From contig NW_026889769.1 of the NCBI RefSeq assembly GCF_033153115.1, positions 7,316,001 through 7,380,000 of the forward strand: a stretch of 64,000 bases of DNA, written 5' to 3'. The notes beneath the pieces were generated by a model, which had not been told where the DNA came from, did not search any database, and saw only the letters and a list, made by a program, of their open reading frames with translations. The stretch comes from Saccostrea echinata (lineage: Eukaryota). Position numbers and translations under genes: made by a program. Of this stretch, positions 48,328-60,300 are shown in pieces; positions within the stretch are counted from its first letter, which is position 1, and the number at the start of each line of letters is the position of its first letter.

Positions 48328-51300
48328 CTGGTTAAAAAATTAAAATGAAGCATATTATCACACAGTCTCTTTCCATTTGAAAACACGTATGAGGCTTGGG
48401 TTTGAATTTCAATGAGATCAAGGATGAACACTGGAGTAAGCATCCCCTGTTGACCGGTCACACTGGCCATGAGCTCTATGTATTGATCAGGTATATGGAG
48501 TACCCTATTCATACTTAGTATAAAAAGAATGGCCTAATAACTGGTACATGTATATTAGAGTTTATGAAGAAACAACTGGCATGTACATATGTATACTGTG
48601 AAATAACTAATTAGGGCTTTTCGCATTCAGGTGAAAAGCCCTACTGTTTTCGTCTTGTTTTATTATCATTATTATTATTATACCTAACACTTTTTTGTCA
48701 CGGATTTAAAGAGAACCCTTGGATACATGTATTTTATATTAAAACCATCAGATAGCATACCTAAATGTCTCGCGTATGTAAGGTTTTCTACTTCGGAGAT
48801 GTCACTTCCAGTATTTTCAAGTAGAAAACTAAGATTTCTTTAGGAGCTTTAAAAATTCTTATTTTTTATGGAAATTCATTCAAATTTTAGGAAAAGATTC
48901 TTCAAAGTAAATCCTACAAAAAAGTTAGCGACAGCATTATTGTACCTATGATCAATTTTTGTGTTATAAGACTCCAAAGGTAGGAAAAGGGGGGATGGAA
49001 ATTTTAAAATTGAAAAACTATATAGGAAAAATATTTTGAAGACTACAAATTGTTAAGAAGGATTAACAGAACAGGCACTGTTAGTTTCAAGTTAATCCAA
49101 GCAGTACTTCCAGTTTTATGAGTCTCCTAAAACTGTCTATGGAAGTTTCTATGTTAAATTGAAATCACGCACGTTCCATTATCTCAAAAGGAAAGCAAGC
49201 AATTCTTGTAATATTTTCGTGGAATACTCATTTTTACATTGTCTTCAGGTGATTAGGTGATGAAAAGAAAATTTCAAAAAATTTGGGATTTTTAGGGGCC
49301 AGTACAAAAAACAGTTTTTCCGTAACTTTTTCATTTGTTAACCAATCTTCAAACTGATTTCGGTTTTGAATTTAGCATGGAGAGTACAATTTTAAAATTA
49401 AGGTCCGTGGGGTCACTTTTTAACCCCTTATAGGAGTTTTAGATAATTGAAATATAGTAAAATTTAGCAATTTCAGAAATGATCTTGTAAGAACCCTCCG
49501 TTTTTGTTGAACGACAAAAAAGGTCTAGTTAGGGCTTTTCGCTTTCAGGTGAAAAGCCCCATTGTTTTCCTCTTTTTTATTATTATTATTATACTGAACA
49601 CTTTTTTCGTTCAGCTTTTAAGGAGTACCTTTAAAAATAGGTATTTTCTTTTATAACCACTAAATAGAAAATGTAAATATCTCGCGTATGTACATTGTAC
49701 ACATGTACGAACATTGAAGAAGGGGGGATGAAATTTTTAAAAGTCACAATTAACGTTAGCAAAAATATTTTGAGCATTGAAATACTAATAAGTAGAACAT
49801 AAACTGTAAGTTTCATATCAATCCGAGCGGAACTTCTGGTTTTAGGGGTCTTTGAAAATTGTCTATGGCAGACTTGTCGAAATTTTTAAATCATTGTCAG
49901 ACATTTGGTCTGACAAAGTCAAATGTTCTGTCGGACCAGTCAAAGTTTTCTCACACCAGATACATGTACCTTATTTTGACACTGTGAAAGTGATATGAAT
50001 AACAGCACCAAAATGCCCTGGATTATTTTCAACAGCCTTCAATCTTACAAGTTTCCTTCCTTGGGATAGAAATTCTCTGATAAAAGACACAAATGACATG
50101 TTTTATGACTTTGCTATAACAAATTTAATTGGCTATCGTCAACACGCCGCATACGCGGCCATTTTTTCTGTGTTTGTGACCTTCAGCTGCGCATCCCAAT
50201 CCTGACCTTTATTAAATTTGCATCACGTTCGATTTTTTCAAACAGTCATCTGGACCAACGTTTTCTTAAAAGTTGTCGGTCCAGACAAATTTTTACCAGC
50301 CTTGCCGACGGGACCGATGGATTTCGACAAGTCTGCTATGGGAGTTTCTATGTTAAATTAAAATCAGTCGTGGCACATTTTCTCTTAAAATAATCAAGAT
50401 ATTCTTGTGAGATTTTAAGTGTAGATTGACCTTGATACGGTTCCAACCTCATTAGGTCATTGAAAGGAAATTAGGGAAAATAAGGGATTTCTAGGGGCCA
50501 ACATTGAAAACATACTTTTCCTTTAACTTTTTTTTATTTCTCAATGAATTTTTAAACAGTTTTCTATTCTCGGTTTAAATTAAAGAGAACAATCTGAAAA
50601 TTATGGTCCGTGGGGTCACTTTTTGACCCCTTATAGGAGTTACAGGGACCGAAATAATGTAATTTTTATTTATTTCAAAAATATTGGAGGAAGAGTTATC
50701 TCCCTTTGCACATCTGTTGACAGGCTTACATTCTCTTTAGGTTTCAAGTTTGGTATGCATATGACAAGTACTTCTGGTTTGATGAATCTCTGAATTTGTC
50801 TATGGGAGTTCCCATGTTGAATGGAAAATTGCACATGTCACGATATCTCTTAAAGTAAACAAGATATTCTTGTGAAAATTTAGTGATATAATGACTGTGA
50901 TATTGTTTCAACCCCATTAGGGTTTGAAAATGAAATTCTTGAAAATAAGGGATTTCTAGTGGCCAAAGTTGAAAACTGACCTTTGCCCATAACTTTTTTT
51001 TATTTCTCAATGAATTTTTGAACAGTTTTTATTCTGGAATTCTGGGTTGAGCTTAGAGTACAATCTAAAAATTATGATCCATGGGGTCACTTTTTAACCC
51101 CTTATAGGAATTACAGGGACTGAAATAATGTAATTTTTATTTATTTCAAAAATGATGAAGAAAGAGTTATCTCCCTTTGTACATCTGTTGGCAGGCTTAC
51201 ATACTCTTCAGGTTTCAAGTTTGGTATGCATATGACAAGTACTTCTGGTTTGATGAATCTCTGAATTTGTCTATGGGAGTTCCCATGTTAAATGGAAAAA

Positions 51301-54300
51301 TGCACATGTCACGATATCTCCTAAACTAAATAAGATATTCTTCTGAAAAATGAGTGAAATAATGACTTTGATATTGTTTCAACCCCATTAGGGTCTGAAA
51401 ATGAAATTCGGAAAAATAAGGGATTTCAAGGGCCTAATATTGAAAACAGATTTTCCCATGTAACTTTTTTTTTATTTCTCAATGAATTTTGAACAGTTTT
51501 CTATTCTGGGTTGAGCTTAAAGAGTACAATCTAAAAATTATGGTCCATGGGGTCATTTTTCGACCCCTTATAGGTGTTTTAGAGATCTGAAATATAGTAA
51601 CTTTTAGTAATTTCAAAAATAATAAAGGGTTATCCCCCTTTGCAGAGCTCTTAGTGAGAATTACATACTGTTTAGTTTTCCATTTTTATAAGCTTCTGAA
51701 GATTTGATCCAGTCTGATTATTTTTTTTTTATGTTTTTTCATTTTGTTAGAGTTATTGCTCTTTAAGGTCCTTGAGATTTAAAGCGTCGAAAAGCCCTCG
51801 GTTTTTGTTAACGACAAAAAAAGTCTAGTTTTTTTTCTCAAACCATGAAAATTCGATTCCACGAAAATAAGAGATTTTACAGTACTTGGACATCAAATTC
51901 AGTAAACCATAATTCTCATCACCCACCTCTTTCCTTTTCTTTGCTTCTTCCTCCACATGTTTCCTGATATCATAGAAGAGTCCCAACATGATGTCCACAT
52001 CCTGCTGTATTTCTGCATTCTGCCAGTCACATTTCTCAATTATACTTTTAATTTTGCCCTCCACCAAATCCTTTTGTTTACAACAATTTATGATGAGATA
52101 GGTCTCCCCTTTGTAATATTTTTCAGCTACCTCTGGTCCCAATTTATACTTCTGAATGAAACTTTTCACTTCTTCTAGTGGGTCTGAAATCTCTCTCTGA
52201 AATTTGCTTCTGAAGAGCTGGTAAAATTTCACCATTTCTTTGTGTTTCTCACTCCGTTCATGATCTTCTCTGGTTTCCAGAATTGACACTTGTGGAGCAG
52301 AATCAGTCAATAGCTCAAAAGGATTTTCAAGCAGCTTGGCAAATGGATTGTCCTTCAATACTTCTGGACTTCGATTAAATGGACTTGGCTGCATCGAATT
52401 AATACTTGGCTGTGGGAGCTGTAAAGGACTGGGAGGTTGAAGATTCTGTGAGGTTTGAGATTCCGTGAAAATTTGTCTGTCCACAGGGAATGCTTGGTAA
52501 GGGGCCATCTCCTGTAACTGCACTCCACAAATTCCACATTTGCTGTCTGATATTTGTGCTGACTCAAACATTTTCATCCTCTCCTCATCCTTTTCACGTT
52601 TTATTTGATCTTTTACAAGATAATATAATACTTGGGCTTTTGTCCGTAGTATGGATCTCCGTATGAACTCGGTAATAATTCTGCTGGCTTTATCCTCCTT
52701 TTCTTTCCTCTCTTGCTCCCACCTATTTCGGTCTATCTTCAGTTTTTCCTCCATTGTAATTTTTGTATCCATATCATCATCCTGTACAACTGTCTCTGCA
52801 TTATTTAAGACCACATCATGAGGGTTATCCATAGCCTGAAGTGTTTCCTCCTCCAGGAAGAATTTCTTGTTGAGTTCCACAGCTTTTAGCTCCAGATTTT
52901 TCAGACCATTTCTTGCCACACTGTTATCCCACACACAGTATCTCAGAGAGTCATTCTCTCTCTTTGACAGCAGATTCTGGAGTGCTTTTGCCACGTCTGC
53001 TGGTCCATCTGCTTGCTGCACCAGTTTCAGAGCTTCTGATAATCTGCTAGGGTACTGCTCCCATACCTTGATTTTGCATAGCTCTCCCATCAAAATTGTT
53101 TCTACATCAGGAAAAACACTTTTACCCAGATTGCAAACAAACACCAATAAAAGCACAAGAAGTCTTTCTGCAAGACCAAATCTGCCATCTTCAATTTGCT
53201 TTTCCGGATTGTCAGATTGAAAAATGTGACGCACCAGGTTTATTTTTGAGCGAAATCCACATAAAATTCCTATAAGTCTTTTCAAACGATCTTGAAAGAG
53301 ACCAGTATCATTGGCCTTCCAGTTTCTGTGTCTGTGAATAGCTTCAAAAGTTGGTACCCCCTTTTCATGAACAAAGGTGGAATCTATGAAATAGACTACT
53401 GAAATGAAGGACTCTGGAATAACAAAAAAGAAGTTTGGTGTGTTCTGAATTTTAGCAGACAGAGAAAAGGCAACTGTGGTATAGTACTCCATCCACAAGA
53501 AGAGGTGATTATAGTGAGGGAGGAGTTCTATACTTCCAGTGTTGCTCAATAGGACACAGAACTTGGTAAACTGGATCAATGCCTCAGCTGGATCATTATT
53601 GAATCCCATTATTTGATCATACCCATCACAGAACCTTCTAGCAATGGAACGAATGTAGGTTTTCCCCTCATATTCATCTATCATCAATCCAAGCTTCATT
53701 GCCCAATCTTTCATTCTCCTTTCTTCTCTCTTTGCACATTCTTTATCCATTGATTGTTCGAATGAAAACATAATATCCTCAGGTTTAGGCTTGAGTTGCA
53801 GATTTAACAAATGATTGACAAAGCGAATCATGACAAACACTTTAATATTGTCTTTTCTCTCACTGCTTTCCATTTCCTCATACAGGTTCTTTAAGTATTT
53901 TATCATTCTTTTCCTTACATATGTCAATTTTGGGTATTTAAGTTTTCTCAGCAAATCATGAGCCCTATTGGCATCTGAGGATATTTTTGCTATATGATAA
54001 TTCACTGGCAGAAGATCTTCCAGCAACCAATCACATGCCTTGTATCTTTCTTTAAATTTGTCTGGAATGAAACATGACACACCAACTTCTTCATTTCTTT
54101 CAATAACATCAACTGCACCATGATCAACATACATTTCAAGTTCAACGGCCATCATGTCAAATTCTGTCAAAAGATCAAAACTCTTGGGTGTTAAAGAGAC
54201 ATGAAGGTAAGGACAAGATTTATCTTCACATTGTTCTCCAAGCTTGAATGCTGGACATTGACTTCTACTGTTCCTGTGTGTAGTAATGGCCTCTTCTAGT

Positions 54301-57300
54301 CTCCTCTTCCATTCAATCCCTCTCTTCACCAGAAATTTGCTGATTTCCATCTGAATCTTCATCTTGTTCTCTTTGCATCTAAAATCTTTCTTGGAAGTCT
54401 GAGGCAAAATCTGTAGTGCTCTTGGAAGCTGTTTAGGATAATAAACAAGACTATTCTCTTCCTCTGCAGGATAAAACCCAAAGAATTTGAAGATTTCTTG
54501 AAGGCGATATCTTTCTTCTTCATTGACTGGTTTTGCAAGTACCGACAAGACTCGGAAGAGGTTTTGCATTCCAATGATACATTGCTGAAGATTCGTCCTA
54601 TTCATCAAGTCAGAGTTGTGAACCATCCAATGCATGCACTCCAACTGTCCTGCTTCAGATCGAGTTGGTCGGGAATGAGAAAATTCTCCAAAAGCTTTGT
54701 TAATGAATTCTCTATTCCCAGTGAGTTCTCCTCTCAAAAAAGCTGCTTCTCCTGCTGCAACCTTGTTCTCCAAATCGTGAAGATTGTAAAATGCTTGGTT
54801 CAGATTTTCACAGATTTCATTCTTCACTTCTTCATCAATGTCCTCATATTTATCATACTGACTCAGCTGTACTTTGCTGTCTAGGATCAGACTCTGTCCA
54901 ACAACATCCTTATCTCCCAACTTCTGGGCACACTCCAAAGCTTTCTTGTTCATCCCTCCTTTAGAATATAGATCCACTGCTTCTCTGAGCTTGTCTGAAA
55001 CAGAAGACAATCTTAGTATTGAAGCTTAACAGAATACCAGTAACAAAATAACCGTTTTTTCTCACCTCTGAAATAGCATTTTCATTTAATGAAGGGTTGA
55101 CTTTATCATTTTTTAAAACTAACTCTCACCTTGCAAACTCATGATTTCAATGCTCTAAGTGTTTATAGCTAAGACAATTTGTTAACACCTACCTGCTTCT
55201 TGGAATAAGAAAGCTGCTTCTTCTATGTAACTTTTGCGAATCAGAAAGTCTGTTCTTTCCTCCAGCTTGGGCAAACGACTGAGGGCAGCCTTCATTTTCT
55301 CCTTATTCTTGGAGCGATGATAAATTTCAGCTGCTTTAAAACTCAAACTTTCTACTGTGTGCAGTTTTCTTGGAGCATTTTCTTTCAGAATCTGTGGCAA
55401 TGGTATTCTTTTCCTTTCTAAATCCTTAAATTTTACATGAATCATGTATCAGTAGTTTTTTTTAAAAAAAATTTCCAATGGAAACCAATTTGAAAATTAT
55501 GTCGAAAGTGGGAAATTTTGCAAAGTTTACTTTTTCACCATGCTGGGCAGATTTCATGATAGTATCATACAATGTTATGCAATCAAATTTTAAACAGATC
55601 TGATTAACTCCAGCTATGTTAAATCAGACTAGATAACAATCTCCGCAATTTACACTGACATTTATAAAATACCTCTTTCAGAAGTTTGTATCTCTGCAGT
55701 GTGTCAATAGCCATTTCATACAGATCATTCTCCACTAAAGTATCTACTGCCAAATTGAATTTTCCCAGCTGCTCATAGCACCTACTCCCTTCAGCAGGAC
55801 GCTTCAGTTTTCGATATGTCTCCCCAGCCTTTTCAAGCTACAACATTCAAAAATAAAATATACATAGCTTACATTCTGTTTCTTATTTTGTCAAAGATCT
55901 TCACCAAATCAAAACCAATTAAATTTTCAAATTCTTTGGAATTCTCCCTCCTACTGACCTGATTGATTTTCTCGTACAGGTGAGCCACCAGTTCCTTTTC
56001 ACGTGAATTCTGTAGACAGATGACAGCTTTGTTAGGAAGTTCACACTCCAGGAATTTCTCAGCAGCCCTTAAGAATGCTTCCCTCATTTTGGCAGGATTG
56101 TCCTTCATTCTAAAGCACAAACAAGGAAAATAAGTTGACATGATTATATGCACCCTCTTTGAAAGCCACATTAATGTATCTTTGATTGACAAGCTCTATG
56201 GTATCTTCCAAAGAGAAGGCAGCAACTGTGGAACAAAAGACTGCATTCTGAAGTAAGGAGACAAACCTTGATGCAACAAGAGCTGATTGATGAGCCTGGG
56301 CTATTTTCTCCATGTGGAAGTCCTTCCCACGATTGAAGCATTTGGCTGCTACCTCATACAAAGAATGCTTCATGAATTCTTCTCCTCTCTTCAGCCATTC
56401 CTCTGATGTTGATTCTTCTGCAAACATTCCACCTGCTGTCTCTGAAATAAGTGTCCTCATTTATGGTGAAAGGTTTTCTATGGAAATTGTTGGAAAGAAA
56501 AGCACTAAAGATTTTGGGGAAAATATTTTACTTATTAAAATCTTACTTCTTAAAAAAGATAATATTAAACACTTAAATATTTCAAGAATTCAATACCATC
56601 TTCCACTTCTGAGCTAGTGATAATCCTTGTAAGTTTGCGAGCTTTGAAGTATTCAAACATAGGGGCCCTCTTATCCATGTCCTCATCAAAGATCCACACA
56701 TTGACTCGTGCACGAGTTACTGCAGTGTAAAGGTGCTTCAGTTCAGCATTCAGGACCTTATGTTGGTTGGGGTCAAATGCCAATGGCCTTGGACGGTCAG
56801 CAAGCTTGAAAACCTCTGAAGTTTACAAGATACGGCACTTTGATACCAATGTTAAAGGCAAGAGGTGGTTCATATATGAAAAGACCAGAAATCTCTGATG
56901 AACTGTACTGTAGCTTTACTGGTTTAAATTCATGGTGTATCAGTACAAGAACAAGAAGTCTGTGAGCCAATGCTCACTAGTAATACCCCCACTTTGATGT
57001 GAATATACATTCTGATGTGAATGTACACAAGTTCAGTTATGGACAGACACAAGGATGAACAAGAAGTTGACAACAGATTCATTAAAAAATGAATCCCACC
57101 ATATTGCAGGCCTAAACCAAGAGTGTGCTAAAATTTCAAGCATCTGCAATCAGTAGTTGTTGAGAAAACTGCGACCAAAATTTGTTCTGTATGGTAAGGA
57201 CAGAGACACAGATAAGCAGGAAGTTGAAATCGGATTCATACAAAAATGAATCCCACCATATGACATGCCTAAACAAAGGGTGTGCTAAAATTTCAAGCAT

Positions 57301-60300
57301 CTGCAATCAGTAGTTGCTGAGAAAACTGTGACCAAAATTTGTTATGTATGGTACGGATAGACGCACAGGAAGTTGACATCAGATTCATACAAAAATGAAT
57401 CCCACCATATGGCATGCCTAAACAAAGAATGTGCTAAAATTTCAAGCATCTGCAGTCAGTAGTTGCTGAGAAAACTGCGACCAAAATTTGTTATGTATGG
57501 TATGGACAGACGCATGGATAAACAGGAAGTTGACATCGGATTCGTACAAAAATGAATCCCACCATATGGCATGCCTCAACAAAGTGTGTGCTAAAATTTC
57601 AAGCATCTGTGATGAGTAGTTGCTGAGAAAACTGTGACGAAAAATTTGTTAAGGACAGACAGACAAGGTAAAACAGTATACCCCCCTCTCCTTCGGAGCA
57701 GGGGTATAAAAATGCTCTTGAACATGTAACATTTCTTTTTTGTGTACTTTAGTTTTACAGAATTTTAAATCTTGATGCTTTTGCATTTGTGCCTATGTTT
57801 AAGGAAATCTAACCAAAGTAGAAGTAAGAGTTTGATAGAATTTCACAATTTAATTCTACCTCAATCAAAGTAATCAAAGCAAACAGTTCATTGAAAAAAA
57901 TATACACATGTATAAATTTAAATATCTTCATATAGCCAAGGTCAAGAGTTCAAAAGCTTCTTGCTACCAAGTATTATCGTTATCTTAAAAAAAAAAGTAA
58001 AAGCAGCAATTTAAAAAACTGTTAACGGACAAACATGCAGACAGATAATAACTCCAAAACAGTGCATATTCTTCTATAATACTTTATGTATTAATATCAA
58101 GTGTATATTTTGAAGTGTTTATAATAACTATTCCCCAGGAGTCAATTTGAGACATACAAATTGTAAACAAAGCAATTGCAAACCAAAATCTTTTTATGTC
58201 ACCTAATCGAAGATTTGGGAGCATATACATGTATGTTTCGCTCTGTCCGTCTGTTTGTCCACAAAAACTTTAACCTTGCCCATAACTTTTGTTTGGTGGA
58301 GCTTGGACTTTCATTCTTGACATATTTTTTTGTTTTTTGTGACAAGACCTTTCTTTGGGTACCACATATTTGAACTCTTAACTTTGGGAGTTTGACCCAC
58401 TTTTGTAAAATAATTTTCCAACTCTAACTTTAGAACAGTTGGTGCAAGGGCCTTCATACTTCACATGTATATTCCTTGTGACAAGACCTTCCCTTAGATA
58501 CAAATATTTCTGACCTTATGACCTTGACATTTCACCTACTTTTGAAAAACTTTGACCGAGTCGAATGGCTTTCATATTTCACAAGTGTAATCTTTGTCAC
58601 AATTATAAGACAACCTTCTTTTGGGTACCAACAATTTTGACATTTTGACGTTTGACATACTTTTGAAAAACTAACCTTAATTTCTAAATGGTTGCTGCAA
58701 GGGCTTTCATATTTCACCATTTGTATTCCTTGTGACAAGACCTTTCTTTGGGTACCAACATTTTTGATATCTAGACCTTGAACTTTGATTTGCATTTGAG
58801 AAACTTTAACCTTTGCCATAAGCTGCCATACAAGAGCATCAGTGTTTCACAAACACATCTTGTTTTTCATGTTGCTATATGGAAATCAAAGTAGAATGTA
58901 GAGCCAATTGGTAACCCCAAATGCCTCCCCCTTTTTTACATGATGAAAACAAAACAATGCTTGTCTCATTCAGCTCAAAAAAATCAAATGGTTTGATACT
59001 TCAAAGAACAATTTTTGCCCCCCCCCCTTACCTGCATCAATTTCCACTAAACTCTCGGATGCATTTTGTTTGTTTTGTGCATTAGTTGATGCCAACTTCT
59101 CTAGGTACTCGGTAACCACTCTCCACTCTTTTGTTGCCTAACATACAAGTAAAATTTTAATCCAGTGTATATACTTAAAACATTTAGTACTCTTAGGAAT
59201 ATTTCGATTTCAAAGACCTTGTTTTTATTAATACAACAGAGGAAAATACTGTCAATAGAAAATTCAGTTCTCATCATACCTGTGAATCTTTAAAGAAGTT
59301 ATAGAGGAGTATGTCATCAAACTCGAGTCCCTTGGCCTCATAGATTGTCAGAATGAGCCCCAGATTTAACTCCTCTGGAATGTTATCCCTTGCAGCATCA
59401 TTAACCACTAAGATAGCCTGGTGGGCTCCAAACTCAATGTGAGAGGTCTTCCTCTTGTTCCCTCTCAACAACACTGCCAAATCACTATTTAAATCATGTT
59501 TAAACATGTGATAATTTTATTCCAGAACACTTCTAAAATCTTTTCATTGATAGGGATAAATATATTTTTTTTAATGATTGAATAACTCCTGGCTCTCTGA
59601 TTCACTGAAAAATCACACCAAGTTATGTTCACCTGCACAAAAGCTCTCAGGTGAACATTTGTTTGTTTTTTTGTTGTTTTCTTTTTTTTGTTTTTTTTAC
59701 ATAGGACCATTTGATAAAATTAGTCATGAAAAGTTGTGTTCACCTTCACCTGATTTTTTATTCATATTTGTTTACAATGGACCAGAACTTCTAAATAGAT
59801 ACAATTGGTTATGAAAAATATTTCACGAGTCATGATTTGAATAAACTTGATTTTACACTACCTGTGGATGCTTCTATATTAATATAATGACTTATCATGG
59901 CTTTCCTGTTCTTAAGATTTTTCCTATACATACCCATGTAAAACTTCAATTGCACATTGTGACCCCACCCTACTCCCCAGGGTCATGATTTGAACAAACT
60001 TGAATCCACACTATGTCAAGAAGATTTCACATATACATTTATTTCATCTTTTCTGGCCCAGTGGTTCTTGAGAAGAAGATTTTTAAATGACCACACCCAA
60101 TTTTTACGTTTTTCTTATTTCCAATTGGATGAAGATAAGCCTTTTATTTGAAAAAAAACCCGAATCCCCTTCAACCAAGCATACTCTGTGCCAGTTTGGA
60201 TGAAAATAGCCCAATGGTTCTAGAGAAGAAGATGAAATTGTAAAAAGTTTACGACGACTACGCAGTGATGACAAGGACAATAGAAATCTTGATCAGAAAA

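Noticed and set aside
48183-48512. 109-aa ORF as the TRANK1 last exon
   Set aside because: Wrong frame. The phase-0 splice to 48327 gives the TRANK1-like acidic/basic tail ending at 48175.
52867-54884. Plus-strand ORFs (117 aa, 128 aa) antisense to TRANK1
   Set aside because: Shadow ORFs of a long coding exon with no independent evidence.
51825-55010. 1061-aa ORF as an independent single-exon gene
   Set aside because: It begins at a TTG inside a polypyrimidine tract, is bounded by splice sites, and is in phase with the flanking TRANK1 exons.
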